Source: an uncultured Actinomycetota bacterium
Lineage (GTDB): Bacteria > Actinomycetota > Actinomycetes > Mycobacteriales > Micromonosporaceae
DNA: 64,000 nucleotides
Direction of reading: 5' to 3'
Assembly: GCA_963753485.1 (NCBI GenBank)
Contig: CAVWCL010000013.1
Span: forward strand, 80,355-144,354
The notes beneath the pieces were generated by a model. The model was given only the letters and a program-made list of their open reading frames with translations, did not search any database and had not been told where the DNA came from. Of this stretch, positions 8,938-19,400 are shown one piece after another. Numbering within the stretch: the first letter of the stretch is position 1; each line of letters opens with the position of its first letter. The position numbers were made by a program, and so were the translations under genes.

Positions 8938-9473
8938 GCGGAGTTCACCCGCCGGAGCCGGTCGTACCGGTGCCGGCGTCGCTCTTCACCAGGCTGCGGG
9001 GTCGGCGCGTGATCGTCGGCGTCCCCGGTGTCGGCTTCCGGGGCGACCTGCGGGCCGATGATGCGGTCGGGCACGCTGGCGGAACGTTCGTCCCGGTACT
9101 GACCGAGCAGGACTATTACCGGGCCGAGATGGAGCGGGTGGAAGCCGTCGCGCTGCTGGTGCCGATCCATCGCGTCTGGGTCGAGCAGGTCGGCGGCGAG
9201 CCGCCGGCCGGGGCCGGCCAGCCGCTGCACGCGCCACCGCCGGTGCCACCCATAGCCGCGGTCGGGGCCGGGCGGATCAGCGGCCGGCGACTCGTGCGGG
9301 CGGTGCCGGATGGTCACGTGCGCGACCTGCGGGCCGTAACGGAGGTCTATGTGGGCACCTCCGGCGAGCCCTGCGTGCGAGTCTGCGACGAGACGGAGTG
9401 GTATGTGTGGGGCGTCGCCGGCCGGGTCCCGGCGGCCACCGAGGTGGCAGCCGTTCTGCTATGGGTTGAATGA
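8934..9473 (+). CDS. hypothetical protein
   Basis: GTG 8934 overlaps the hydrolase stop (GTGA). Third codon positions are strongly G/C and the composition is protein-like. No family recognised. Confidence 0.45.
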   Translation: MSGVHPPEPVVPVPASLFTRLRGRRVIVGVPGVGFRGDLRADDAVGHAGGTFVPVLTEQDYYRAEMERVEAVALLVPIHRVWVEQVGGEPPAGAGQPLHAPPPVPPIAAVGAGRISGRRLVRAVPDGHVRDLRAVTEVYVGTSGEPCVRVCDETEWYVWGVAGRVPAATEVAAVLLWVE

Positions 9474-9956
9474 ACGCCTCGTCACTCCGCAGACGCGCCA
9501 GCCATTGTCCCGCACAAGCGTGAGCCGCCACGGCTCCAGGTCAGTGGGCACGGGCCCATTGGCCATCACGGTGTACCGAATCGTCGCATCGACCGTGGCC
9601 TGGTCGCCCGACTCGCGCACCACGAAGTCGCCCCAGGACACGCCGACCTGAGCGTCCAGGACGGGCAGCCCGGCGATGAACGTGGCCACGTCGAACGATG
9701 CGCAGACGAACGGGGCCGCCCGGGCGCTGTCGCGCTTCAGCAACGCGTTCTCGAGGAACTGGTCGGCGACCACGCCCGGGGTGCTGCGATCCGGCTCGAT
9801 GATCTTGCTGTACACGAGAAGCCCACCCACCCCGAGGACGGCGACGAGCCCGACCCCGGCGGCCAGCAGCAGCAGCCATCGGCGGCGACCGCGGGCCGAC
9901 GGTACGGGCGGCCCATCCTCGGCGGGTGTCTCGCTCGGGCTCGGGTCGGTCGACAT
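9459..9956 (-). CDS. membrane-anchored hypothetical protein
   Basis: 165 aa with a Pro-rich N-terminus, a single TM (WLLLLAAGVGLVAVLGVGGLLV) and a soluble domain. Convergent 15-bp overlap with the preceding gene. Confidence 0.5.
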   Translation of the reverse strand: MSTDPSPSETPAEDGPPVPSARGRRRWLLLLAAGVGLVAVLGVGGLLVYSKIIEPDRSTPGVVADQFLENALLKRDSARAAPFVCASFDVATFIAGLPVLDAQVGVSWGDFVVRESGDQATVDATIRYTVMANGPVPTDLEPWRLTLVRDNGWRVCGVTRRSFNP

Positions 9957-10005
9957 CGCCCCGACCCTACCGGTTCCCGCTCACGCGTCACAGCGACGGC
10001 GACCG

Positions 10006-11226
10006 TCAGCGGTGGGCGAACACCTCCTCGAGGGCGTCGTCCAGGTCGGCGGCCAGGTCGGCTCGGGCGTTGTCGGGCAGGGACATGCGCGCGGAGCTCC
10101 ACGCCGACCAGGCCCGCAGGACCTCGGCCGGGCCGCCACCGTGGACGCGATGCCGGGGCCACCAGTCGAACAGGAAGGTGTCCCACGTGGCCGGTGAGAC
10201 CCGGGTGACGCGTGCGGGGTCGTGGGCGCAGCCGTAGTCGACCAGGGTCGCCGCGACGGCGGCGACAAACTGCGGATCGCTCAGCGCCGCCGCCTGCGGA
10301 CTGGCGAGAAACTCGGCGACCAGCTCGGATCGAGCGGCCGGTCCGGGCGGATCGGCGTCGGGCTCCAGAGTCGCGCCGGCATCGGGCAGGCTCGCGATCC
10401 GGGCCAGGGTGAGCGCCCGGAGCCGGGCATACCCGGGCCAGGTCGGCAGGTCCTCGATGAGGTCGGTGCGGGCCATGGCTCGAAGTTGGAGGGCCCGGGC
10501 CCAGGCCGGGTCGACCTGGCGCAGCGCGAACATCGACTCCTCTGATCGCCCGTGGGTGCGCAGGGCGCGCAGGAGCGAGTCCACCGCGTCGGCGGTATCG
10601 AGCAGAGTCGCGTCGGCGGCGGTGCTGAACCGGGAGCGGTCGATCTGCAGGATGACGGCGTGACGGTCCGGGCCATGCAGGAACTCGCTGATCATGGTGG
10701 TCTGGTCGCCGAAAACGTCGTCGTAGGCCCAGCATCGACCGGTCGACGGGCTGCCAGGGGGCCGGGACCAGTGCGGTTCCGGCACGCCGCGGGACGCCTG
10801 GTCGGCCGCGGCGGAGGCGGCGGCCACGCGCACCTCACGGATCGGGGCGACCACCTCGAGCACACGTAGCACGGCGAGTGCCGTTGGCGCCGGGTGCTGG
10901 CGGACGTAGTCGACCAGCCCCAACCCGAACGCCTCCTCCTCGCCACCGTCGCGAGGCACCGGCTGGGCCGCCCATACCGTACCGAGGAGCGCGGAAATAG
11001 TGACCTCGGCGGCCATGGCGGCGTCCGGGCCGGCGTGAGTGCCGGCGTGGTGGTCGGCGTCGCTGAATCCGGAGCGGGCCAGCGCGGCCAGCATCTGCCG
11101 GTAGTACCGCTGCTCCGGGCGCAGGCGGATGTCGAACAGACCGTCCTGGACGTACGGTGGTGCCGCCCGCCGACGTACCCGCGGGCCGCGGCGTGGGGTC
11201 GGCGCGCTGATGACCGGAGCGTCCAC
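10006..11226 (-). CDS. hypothetical protein
   Basis: The ORF is open to 11460, but residues 3-78 are the four 57-bp repeat units. GTG 11226 is the first start after the array. No motifs recognised and no Walker A. Confidence 0.5.
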   Translation of the reverse strand: MDAPVISAPTPRRGPRVRRRAAPPYVQDGLFDIRLRPEQRYYRQMLAALARSGFSDADHHAGTHAGPDAAMAAEVTISALLGTVWAAQPVPRDGGEEEAFGLGLVDYVRQHPAPTALAVLRVLEVVAPIREVRVAAASAAADQASRGVPEPHWSRPPGSPSTGRCWAYDDVFGDQTTMISEFLHGPDRHAVILQIDRSRFSTAADATLLDTADAVDSLLRALRTHGRSEESMFALRQVDPAWARALQLRAMARTDLIEDLPTWPGYARLRALTLARIASLPDAGATLEPDADPPGPAARSELVAEFLASPQAAALSDPQFVAAVAATLVDYGCAHDPARVTRVSPATWDTFLFDWWPRHRVHGGGPAEVLRAWSAWSSARMSLPDNARADLAADLDDALEEVFAHR

Positions 11227-11455
11227 TGAGCCCGCCTTCCGTTCGCGCTGCGGTGCTCGCACCCGCTCGCTCCTCACGCTCACCGAGCCCGCCTTCCGTT
11301 CGCGCTGCGGTGCTCGCACCCGCTCGCTCCTCACGCTCACCGAGCCCGCCTTCCGTTCGCGCTGCGGTGCTCGCACCCGCTCGCTCCTCACGCTCACCGA
11401 GCCCGCCTTCCGTTCGCGCTGCGGTGCTCGCACCCGCTCGCTCCTCACGCTCACC
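11227..11455 (-). repeat. 4 x 57-bp tandem repeat (MIRU-like family, in-frame variant)
   Basis: The unit on the transcribed strand is GGTGAGCGTGAGGAGCGAGCGGGTGCGAGCACCGCAGCGCGAACGGAAGGCGGGCTC, in four near-identical copies. It lies between the stop of the gene at 11461 and the start of the gene at 11226. Confidence 0.9.
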
Positions 11456-11460
11456 GCCAA

Positions 11461-12795
11461 CTAGCCGTCCGGGTCCATTCGCGGACGCAGGGCCAGCGCC
11501 CGCAGGGCCGCGTGGCCGCCTCGCTGGCCCGCCTCGGAGAGGCGCATCCGGGTGGTGAATCCGGGACCCTTGCCCTCCTCGACCAGCGACCAGAGCTGGC
11601 ATCGGCGCAGCAGCGCCCAGACGGCCCGGCTGACATCACGTTCGTCCGGAGGGTGCCCGTTACCCGTGTCCCGCCACCCTGACCCGGCCAACACCTCAGC
11701 CGCTTCCTGAACCAGCCCGCGAACCTCGACCGGGCCACGTGCGCGCAACAGCAACATCAATGCGGCCTCCTGGACCGCACTGTCGAAGTCGGCGTCGTCG
11801 ATCAGCTGGCTGGTCGCCAGCCGCCACTGCGCGAGCGGGTCATTGACCAGCGCACGCCCGCGGGTGCCCAGGACGAGACGCCGACCGGAGCGACGCAGCG
11901 CGCCGGCCCGCTGCAACGCGAGCCGCAGGTCCACCAGTCGCCAGATGTCGGACTCCGATCGGGGCGGCCGCTCAGGCAAGCTCCACCAGTCGAACCGTTC
12001 GGCGGCCTCCTGCACCACGCGGCGGACGAGGTTCCCGCCAACGGTCAGCGCAATGCCAGGTCCCTCACCCATACGGCCGGCGGCCAGCTCCAGCAACCAT
12101 TGCATCGGCGCCATCCGCTCGGTCAGATCGCGCGGCGGAGTCGGCTCGCCGACCAGGTCGGCCAGGACCGACGAGGTGAGGCTGCGTCGAGCCTGGCCGC
12201 CGACGTCGGCCCAGGAGCTGAACCGCTCACTGCGCACCCGGTCGAGCAGCGCCGGGCCGTCGGGTCGGGTCATCGTCAACTGATGGCGGGTGAGCCGCAC
12301 CTGGGCAAGTCGCCAACCGCGGCCGCCCGGCCGTAGCTCCCCGGCGGCGAGGGCCAGCTCGAGGGTCGCCGCGATCCGCTGGTACGCCCGCAGCTCCGCC
12401 ACCCCCATCACCTCACCCCATTCGAGTTCGGGCAGGTCGGGTGGCACGATCCCGGAGGCCTCCATCGCCTTGGTGGCCGCCTTCGTCCCGGCCTGGTGTC
12501 CGCGTTCGGAGTAGGCGCGCAGGATCTCGACGGTCTGAGCAGACGCAGCAATAGCCGCATATCGGTTCATCTCTGCCAGCTCGAGGAATGCCCGGAGCGC
12601 GGCCGCCACCGGGAGTGGCTCGTCGGCCTCCGCCACCGTGTACCACAGATAGGTCTGCAGGTCGTGCTGGGTCAGGTCGGCGAGGCCGCCCTCGCCGAGC
12701 ATCTCGTCGAGGGCCTGCTCGACCAGTCGCGCGGCGGCCGGGTCGCTCCGGCGCAGGCGCAGGAGAATCTTGGGCACGAGCGGATCGGTCACCAC
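11461..12795 (-). CDS. hypothetical protein
   Basis: 444-aa ORF with protein-like composition. No motif recognised. Confidence 0.55.
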   Translation of the reverse strand: MVTDPLVPKILLRLRRSDPAAARLVEQALDEMLGEGGLADLTQHDLQTYLWYTVAEADEPLPVAAALRAFLELAEMNRYAAIAASAQTVEILRAYSERGHQAGTKAATKAMEASGIVPPDLPELEWGEVMGVAELRAYQRIAATLELALAAGELRPGGRGWRLAQVRLTRHQLTMTRPDGPALLDRVRSERFSSWADVGGQARRSLTSSVLADLVGEPTPPRDLTERMAPMQWLLELAAGRMGEGPGIALTVGGNLVRRVVQEAAERFDWWSLPERPPRSESDIWRLVDLRLALQRAGALRRSGRRLVLGTRGRALVNDPLAQWRLATSQLIDDADFDSAVQEAALMLLLRARGPVEVRGLVQEAAEVLAGSGWRDTGNGHPPDERDVSRAVWALLRRCQLWSLVEEGKGPGFTTRMRLSEAGQRGGHAALRALALRPRMDPDG

Positions 12796-12936
12796 GCGCC
12801 CACGTTAGCGACATCGTGCGACCGGTCGTCGGCGCCCCGCGCACCGCCGCCACTGGCTTGGAGCAGCCGATTGGCGACAGCGAGCGGTCCACGCGACCGC
12901 CGACGTCCGGGCGCCGGTCGGGTACCGTGTCGACTC

Positions 12937-13674
12937 GTGGCGGATCTGCTGCAGGCGGCGACCTGGCATCGACAGGTCGCCGCTCTGATCGCCGCGGCCG
13001 ATCGGGCGGGCGTGGCCGCGGCCGAGGTCCCTCGGCTGCGCGATCGGCTCGCCAGCCAGGAAGCTGGGCTCACCCAGATCGCATCGCGCGCCGGCGAACC
13101 ATTGCCCGCCCTGCAACCGAGCCCGGGTGAGATCGCGGCGGCCGCCCCCGGCCTGGGTGATCTCACGACGGCCGCGGTGGCCCGCGCGGTCCGTACCGCC
13201 GAGTCCACCCTGGACGCGACCGACGACCTGCTCCGGGTCCTGATGGCGCCGGCCGGGCCGCGCCAACCACCAGCCGCCACCGGGCCCGCCGTCGCCTCGC
13301 CGGTTGGCGTGCCATCCTCCGGTCCGTCGGCCACGCCGCGAGCGGCTCCGGCGACCGCCTGGCCGGCGGGGGCCCGTAACGCGCTGGTGTACGGCGCCGC
13401 AGCTCTGGTCGTTCTCGCGCTGCAGGCGCTGGCCTTCCTCGCCTTCAGCGAGACCGCGCTGCCGTTGCTCGCACCGCTGTGCCTGCTCGTGCTGCCGGCG
13501 TTCGCCTGGGGGACGGGCTACCTGGTCGTGGGTCTGATCTACCGACCGCAGCCCGGCGGGCCGGCGGTGAAGCGGACGCCCCGGTTAGGTGCCGTGATCT
13601 GCCTGATCCCCGACCTGCTGCTCTGCGCCGGCGTAGGGGTGCTCGTCATCCTGCGGGCGCTCAACCCGCAGTGA
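12937..13674 (+). CDS. hypothetical membrane protein
   Basis: The GTG 12937 start (VADLLQAATW) was chosen because upstream residues are antisense shadow of the previous gene. The C-terminal half has about 4 hydrophobic helices. Confidence 0.45.
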   Translation: MADLLQAATWHRQVAALIAAADRAGVAAAEVPRLRDRLASQEAGLTQIASRAGEPLPALQPSPGEIAAAAPGLGDLTTAAVARAVRTAESTLDATDDLLRVLMAPAGPRQPPAATGPAVASPVGVPSSGPSATPRAAPATAWPAGARNALVYGAAALVVLALQALAFLAFSETALPLLAPLCLLVLPAFAWGTGYLVVGLIYRPQPGGPAVKRTPRLGAVICLIPDLLLCAGVGVLVILRALNPQ

Positions 13675-13677
13675 TAT

Positions 13678-14433
13678 TCAGCCGGCGGAGTTGAGGATCA
13701 GTCCCATCGCCTCGGCCCGCGACTTGGCGTCGCGCTTGAACTGACCGCGCACGGCCGAGGTCACCGTGCGCGCCCCGTTCTTTTGGATGCCGCGCATCGC
13801 CATGCACATGTGCTCGCAGTCGACCACCACGATGACTCCGCGGGGGCTGAGCACCCGCATCAACGTATCGGCAACCTGCGATGTCAAGCGCTCCTGAACC
13901 TGCGGGCGGCGGGCATAGACCTCGACGAGCCGGGCCAGTTTGGACAGACCGGTGATCCGACCATCGGTACCGGGAATGTAGGCGACGTGCGCGACGCCGT
14001 GAAAGGGCAGCAGATGGTGCTCGCAGATGGACATGACCTCGATGTCGCGCACCAGGACCAGCTCATCGTGGTCGGCCTCGAAGGCCGTGGTGAGCACCTG
14101 CTGGGGGTCGACCCGCAGGCCGGCGAAGAGCTCGGCGTACGCTCGGGCGACCCGCGCCGGCGTCCGAACCAGCCCGTCGCGGTCGGGGTTCTCGCCGACC
14201 GCGACGAGGATCTCCCGGACGGCCGCCTCGATCCGGTCCAGATCCACCGCGGTCTCGATCGCGCCACCGCTCCAATGACCGTTGACCAGGCGAGCCGCGA
14301 GGTAGTCCAGATCGGTGCCGTCCGGCTCCGTCGCCGACCCGTCGCGGGGGCCATCCGAGGAAGCACTGGCCGGACCGCCGGTCGCCGACGGAGCAGGCGA
14401 GGCGACGGCGCGGCTCAGCGCGGGCCGTCCCAC
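13678..14433 (-). CDS. folE: GTP cyclohydrolase I
   Basis: Motifs [23 protein letters not shown] and [14 protein letters not shown]. There is an Ala/Ser/Pro-rich N-terminal extension, so the start is uncertain. Confidence 0.9.
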   Translation of the reverse strand: MGRPALSRAVASPAPSATGGPASASSDGPRDGSATEPDGTDLDYLAARLVNGHWSGGAIETAVDLDRIEAAVREILVAVGENPDRDGLVRTPARVARAYAELFAGLRVDPQQVLTTAFEADHDELVLVRDIEVMSICEHHLLPFHGVAHVAYIPGTDGRITGLSKLARLVEVYARRPQVQERLTSQVADTLMRVLSPRGVIVVVDCEHMCMAMRGIQKNGARTVTSAVRGQFKRDAKSRAEAMGLILNSAG

Positions 14434-16508
14434 CGGGTGTCGTCGTGCGCGCTCGCGTCGGCTGCGCCGAGGCCCCCGCTGTACTCGGCCTCAGCCGGGG
14501 CGGTGAGGGTGTCGGTGGTGGCTGACCCGTTCGCGTGCGCCCGAGCCGCATCGGCCTCGGCCGACGGGGAGACGGAAACCGACTCGGCGGGGGTGAGCAC
14601 GGGCGGGCGGTCTGACGGCCGTCGCTTGCCGAATCCGTTGAACGGCGCCATCGGCTGGCGCTTCTCGACCCGGGCACACAGTCGGGCCATGTCCTGCTGG
14701 GACACGGTCTCCTTCTCGATCAGTTCGAGCACGATGGCGTCGAGGACGTCCCGGTACTCCACCAGGATTTCCCAGGCCTCATCGTGGGCGAGCTCGATCA
14801 GCGCCCGGACCTCAGAGTCGATCTCGGCCGCGATGACATCCGAATAATCCTTGGTGTGGCCCATGGTTCGCCCGAGGAACGGCTCATCCTGGCTGGTGCC
14901 GTACTTCACGGCGCCGAGCTTTGAGCTCATCCCGTACTGGGTGACCATCGCGCGGGCGACCGCCGACGCCTTCTCGATGTCGTTGCCGGCCCCGGTGGTC
15001 GGCTCGTGGAAGACCAGCTCCTCGGCGGCGCGACCACCTAACGCATAGGCGAGGGTATCGATCATCTCACCGCGGGTCTGGGTGTACTTGTCCTCGGTCG
15101 GCAGCACCAAGGTGTGCCCCAGCGACCGACCGCGCGGCAGGATCGTGACCTTGTGGACGGGAGCCAGCTGAGGCATCGCCCACGCGACCAGAGCGTGACC
15201 CGCTTCGTGGTACGCCGTGATCTTCTTTTCCTTGTCGCTCATCGCCCGGGTCCGCCGTTCGGGCCCGGCGATGACCCGGTCGATGGACTCCTCAAGGAAG
15301 TGGTTGGTGATCGCGCGCTTGTCGTTGCGGGCCGTGAGCAGCGCCGACTCGTTGATCACATTGGCCAGGTCGGCGCCGGAGAAGCCCGGCGTCCGGCGGG
15401 CCACCGAGTCGAGGTCGACGTCGGGCGCGAACGGCTTGCCCTTGGCGTGCACCCGCAGGATCGCCTTGCGCCCCTCCATGTCGGGCGCATCGACAGCGAT
15501 CTGCCGGTCGAACCGGCCGGGGCGCAGCAGCGCCGGGTCCAGGATGTCGGGCCGGTTGGTCGCCGCGATCAGGATGACGCCGCCCTTGGTGTCGAACCCG
15601 TCCATCTCCACGAGCAACTGGTTGAGTGTCTGCTCGCGCTCGTCGTGGCCACCGCCGAGCCCGGCCCCCCGATGGCGTCCGACCGCGTCGATCTCGTCGA
15701 CGAAGACGATCGCCGGCGCGTTCGCCTTGGCCTGCTCGAACAGGTCACGGACGCGGCTGGCACCGACACCGACGAACATCTCCACGAAGTCCGAACCGGA
15801 GATCGAGTAGAACGGCACGCCGGCCTCACCGGCGACGGCGCGGGCCAGGAGCGTCTTGCCGGTACCCGGCGGGCCGTAGAGCAGCACACCCTTCGGGATC
15901 TTCGCGCCGAGGGCCTGGTACTTGGCCGGGTTTTGCAGGAAGTCCTTGATCTCCTGCAACTCCTCGACGGCCTCATCCGCACCGGCCACGTCGGCGAAGG
16001 TGGTCTTCGGGGTGTCCTTGGCCACCAGCTTCGCCTTGGACTTGCCGAAGTTGAGCACCCGGCTGCCGCCACCCTGCATCTGCGACATGAAGAGCAACAA
16101 CAAGATCACTAGGACGGCGATCGGCAACAGGTTGATCAGGAAGCTGAGCAGCACGCTGTCCTTGGTGACCTTGGTGTCGAAGTCATCCAGCTTGCCGGTG
16201 CGCTGCAGCCCGTCCAGCTCGGTCCAGATATCGCCGATCGACTGCGCGGGCACCTGCGCCGTCACGTGGTCGGTCTGCTGGCTATTTACTTCGATCTTGT
16301 TCCGGAGGTCGAGCACCAGGTTCTGTTCCCGATCCTCGAGCACGGCCTTCTTCACGTTCCCGCTGCGGAGCTCGGCGAGGGCGACCGACGTGTCGACCTT
16401 GGAGTAGTCCGTACCACCGGTGATGAAGCTGCTCAGCGCGATGGCTCCGACGATCACCAGGATGATCCACACCACTGGGCGGCGGAAGATACCACGGGTA
16501 CGTTCCAT
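14415..16508 (-). CDS. ftsH: ATP-dependent zinc metalloprotease FtsH
   Basis: 697 aa with two N-terminal TMs, Walker [12 protein letters not shown], Walker B VFVDEIDA, and the zinc site HEAGHA. Confidence 0.95.
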   Translation of the reverse strand: MERTRGIFRRPVVWIILVIVGAIALSSFITGGTDYSKVDTSVALAELRSGNVKKAVLEDREQNLVLDLRNKIEVNSQQTDHVTAQVPAQSIGDIWTELDGLQRTGKLDDFDTKVTKDSVLLSFLINLLPIAVLVILLLLFMSQMQGGGSRVLNFGKSKAKLVAKDTPKTTFADVAGADEAVEELQEIKDFLQNPAKYQALGAKIPKGVLLYGPPGTGKTLLARAVAGEAGVPFYSISGSDFVEMFVGVGASRVRDLFEQAKANAPAIVFVDEIDAVGRHRGAGLGGGHDEREQTLNQLLVEMDGFDTKGGVILIAATNRPDILDPALLRPGRFDRQIAVDAPDMEGRKAILRVHAKGKPFAPDVDLDSVARRTPGFSGADLANVINESALLTARNDKRAITNHFLEESIDRVIAGPERRTRAMSDKEKKITAYHEAGHALVAWAMPQLAPVHKVTILPRGRSLGHTLVLPTEDKYTQTRGEMIDTLAYALGGRAAEELVFHEPTTGAGNDIEKASAVARAMVTQYGMSSKLGAVKYGTSQDEPFLGRTMGHTKDYSDVIAAEIDSEVRALIELAHDEAWEILVEYRDVLDAIVLELIEKETVSQQDMARLCARVEKRQPMAPFNGFGKRRPSDRPPVLTPAESVSVSPSAEADAARAHANGSATTDTLTAPAEAEYSGGLGAADASAHDDTRWDGPR

Positions 16509-16714
16509 GCTTCTTTGAGCGCTTTGCGCCCAGCCTCCCGATCAGTCGATCGACCCGTGCCACACAGCACACATCCGCGCCGACACCTGGCGCGGACGCG
16601 GGCGCCGCTCTGGCTCCCGGTCATTCGACGGTACACCGTGCGTGCCGCCGTTGCCGTGCCGCCTTGTGCTCTCCCCCGGCCGGCTCAGCCCCGCCTCAGG
16701 TCACCCGGATCGGC

Positions 16715-17287
16715 TCAGCCGCGGGAGTAAACCCCGGGGCGGAGTACCCCGATATATGGCACTTCGCGGTAGCGCTCCGCGAAGTCCAACCCGTACCCGA
16801 CGACGAACTCGTTGGGGATGTCGAAGCCGACGTAACGGACCTGGACGTCCACCTTGATCGCGTCGGGCTTGCGCAGCAGGGCGACCACCTGAACCGACGC
16901 CGCCGAACGGCTCTCGAGGTACTTCAACAGCCACGACAAGGTCAACCCGGAGTCGACGATGTCCTCCACCACGAGCACGTGCCTCCCGGCGATGTCCCGG
17001 TCGAGGTCTTTGAGGATACGTACGACACCGGACGAGGTAGCCCGCTGGCCGTACGAGGAGACTGCCATGAACTCCAGCTCGGCCGGGCGCGACTGGCGAC
17101 CCAGGGCCCGGGCCAAGTCGGCCATGAACATGACGGCACCCTTGAGCACACCGACGAGCAGCACGCCGTCCACGCCGTCGTAGTCGGCCGCGACCTGCTT
17201 GGCCAGCTCCTCGATCTTGTCGCGGATCTGATCCTCGGTGACGACGATCCGCTCGATGTCGTCGTCGTACCAGTTAGCCATGGCCAC
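16715..17287 (-). CDS. hpt: hypoxanthine phosphoribosyltransferase
   Basis: 190 aa with PRPP motif [14 protein letters not shown] and the C-terminal motif [12 protein letters not shown]. Confidence 0.9.
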   Translation of the reverse strand: MAMANWYDDDIERIVVTEDQIRDKIEELAKQVAADYDGVDGVLLVGVLKGAVMFMADLARALGRQSRPAELEFMAVSSYGQRATSSGVVRILKDLDRDIAGRHVLVVEDIVDSGLTLSWLLKYLESRSAASVQVVALLRKPDAIKVDVQVRYVGFDIPNEFVVGYGLDFAERYREVPYIGVLRPGVYSRG

Positions 17288-18326
17288 AGCCTGCCCTATG
17301 CTCAGCGGCCGGTGGCGCGACGGGCCGCGCGCCGTCCGCGCCGGCCGGATCGGACTGGGCCTGCAGCCGCCCGGCCCGCCGGACGACTAGAATGCCGCCG
17401 GGTAGGTGCACCGGACCCTGGCCGCGCCAGCGCAGCACCAGAGCGTCGAGGGCGTCGATGTGCACCAGACCCAGCGCGGACCCCGGGCACCCGAGCGAGC
17501 GAGCCCAGGCGTGCAGTACCCGACCGCGAATCGCCGCCGGCAGCGCCGCCAGCACCGTCGCGTCCAAGTCACCCTCGTGGCCGGTCGCGGTCGGGAGCGC
17601 CTGTCCGGCCAGGTCATCCAGCACCGCGGTGTCGGCGGCGACGAGCCGCGCCGTGCGGGCCAGGTTGGCGGTGGTCGCCGGGCCGAGGCTCGCAGCGAGG
17701 CTCGCCAGCAGGTCGCGCGCCCGCGGCCGGGCGAACGCCAGGTCCTGATTGTGCGGGTCGTCCCAGGCCGACAGGCCCAGGAATACGCAGGCGGCCCGCG
17801 TCTGCGCCCGGGACACGCCCAGCAGGGGCCGAATCAGGCAGACACCGTCCCGCGTGGTGCTCGGCGCCATCCCGGCCAGAGCGTGCGGGCCCGACCCGCG
17901 CAGGAGCGCCAGCAACACCGTCTCGGCCTGATCGTCGCGGGTGTGCCCGAGCAGGACCGCCCCCGCCCCGCATTCACCGGCGGCGGCGACCAGGGCCTCA
18001 TACCTGGCCGCGCGGGCGGCCGCCTCCGGTCCCCCGGGCCGCCCGCCGACGCCGACCGGGCGCACCAGCACCGGATCGAAGCCCTCCTTGATCGCCCACT
18101 GGGCGACGATCGCGGCCCGCTGGGCCGAACCGTCCTGGAGCTGATGATCCACCGTGATCAGACCGACCGGTCGGTCGAGCCGCGCCGCGACGAATGCGAC
18201 CGCGGCGGCGAGCGCCAACGAGTCGGCGCCGCCCGAGCACGCCACCAGGACCCCGTCGGCGCGATCACGCAGGCAGGCCCGCGCGGCGCCGCGGATGGCG
18301 GCGACGGCGGGCTCGATCGGGGGCAT
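17274..18326 (-). CDS. tilS: tRNA(Ile)-lysidine synthase
   Basis: PP-loop [13 protein letters not shown]. Located upstream of hpt, as in Mtb Rv3625c. Confidence 0.85.
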   Translation of the reverse strand: MPPIEPAVAAIRGAARACLRDRADGVLVACSGGADSLALAAAVAFVAARLDRPVGLITVDHQLQDGSAQRAAIVAQWAIKEGFDPVLVRPVGVGGRPGGPEAAARAARYEALVAAAGECGAGAVLLGHTRDDQAETVLLALLRGSGPHALAGMAPSTTRDGVCLIRPLLGVSRAQTRAACVFLGLSAWDDPHNQDLAFARPRARDLLASLAASLGPATTANLARTARLVAADTAVLDDLAGQALPTATGHEGDLDATVLAALPAAIRGRVLHAWARSLGCPGSALGLVHIDALDALVLRWRGQGPVHLPGGILVVRRAGRLQAQSDPAGADGARPVAPPAAEHRAGCGHG

Positions 18327-18338
18327 GGCGCCGGGTGG

Positions 18339-19400
18339 TCAGGTGGCCAGCGGTTGGCGCCTGGCCCCGGTCCGGGCAATCCACGCGGGCGCGTCGGTGA
18401 GCTCCGACAGCAGGGGCAGGGTCAGCGGGGAACGCCATACCGTGTTGAAGCCGGCCATGCCCACCCGGTCGACGACCTCGTGCACGAAGCGCCGGCCCTC
18501 GGCGTACTGGCGCAACTTGGCATCGACGCCGAGCAGCCGGCGGATCGCCTTCTCCAGCACGTTGCCAGCCTCGCGGCGCCGGTTGAACTTGGCCCGGATA
18601 TCGGCCACCGCGGGCACGACCTCCGGGCCCACCCCGTCCATGACGAACTCGGCATGGCCCTCGAGCAGGGTCATCAGAGCGGTGAGCCGATCGAGCACGA
18701 TGCGCTGGGCCGGAGTCTGCACGAGATCGAGAATCGAGGTGCGCCCCTGCGGGTTTCGTACCACGTCGACGACCGCGCCGAGCGCCTGGCGTACCCGGGC
18801 CGCCATCTGCTCGGGTGCGCCGCCGGCATCGACGAACGCCGCCACCTCGGCGAGGAAGTGCGCTCGCAGCCATGGCACCGCGGTGAACTGGATCCGGTGG
18901 GTGACCTCGTGCAGGCAGACCCACAACCGGAAGTCGCGCGGCGGCGCGGCCAGGCGGCGCTCGGCCTCCACGATGTTCGGCGCGACCAGCAGCAGCTGGC
19001 CGGGGTCGGCGGAGAAGACCTCGTACTGGCCCAGCACCCGGCCGGAGAGGTAGGCGAGAACGGTTCCGGTCTGCACCCCGGTGACCCGGGAGCCGACCGT
19101 CTCGACGAAGGCGCCCGGGCTGGTGGCGCCGGCCACCCGCGCGAGCAACGGGGCCACCACCTGGCGGAGCCCATCGATGTTGACCCCGGCCCAGTCTTTG
19201 CGATCCACGATCCGCACCGGTGGCGGCGAGCCGGCCGGCGACATGCCGGTGTACGCCACCACATGGTCGGCCGCCTCGACCGCCAGCCGGCGCAGGTTGG
19301 CCACGACGTCATTCGCCTCGCGCAGGCTGACGCGGGGCCCGGACTTGCCGAGCAGGCCGGCGGTCGCCACCGCGACATCCCAGTCCACGAACTCGGTCAT
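18339..19400 (-). CDS. zinc-dependent metalloprotease (Rv3626c-like)
   Basis: 353 aa with HEXXH site CLHEVTHRIQF, in the conserved position between dacB and tilS. Confidence 0.8.
   Translation of the reverse strand: MTEFVDWDVAVATAGLLGKSGPRVSLREANDVVANLRRLAVEAADHVVAYTGMSPAGSPPPVRIVDRKDWAGVNIDGLRQVVAPLLARVAGATSPGAFVETVGSRVTGVQTGTVLAYLSGRVLGQYEVFSADPGQLLLVAPNIVEAERRLAAPPRDFRLWVCLHEVTHRIQFTAVPWLRAHFLAEVAAFVDAGGAPEQMAARVRQALGAVVDVVRNPQGRTSILDLVQTPAQRIVLDRLTALMTLLEGHAEFVMDGVGPEVVPAVADIRAKFNRRREAGNVLEKAIRRLLGVDAKLRQYAEGRRFVHEVVDRVGMAGFNTVWRSPLTLPLLSELTDAPAWIARTGARRQPLAT

Larger units (their letters stand above)
1566..9473 (+). other. T4SS-like gene module (co-directional, tightly coupled genes)
   Basis: Genes at 1566, 1871, 2233, 5313, 7183, 7798 and 8934 are separated by 4-bp overlaps or gaps of a few bp. 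Content is small TM proteins, a VirB4-type ATPase, a polytopic membrane protein and a cell-wall hydrolase. Confidence 0.6.

Noticed and set aside
11227-11455. Tandem repeats here, at 19397-19552, 30073-30300 and 41544-41659 considered as CRISPR arrays
   Set aside because: Units abut directly with no unique spacers. Unit lengths are 38 or 56/57 bp, they lie at gene junctions, and no cas genes are present.
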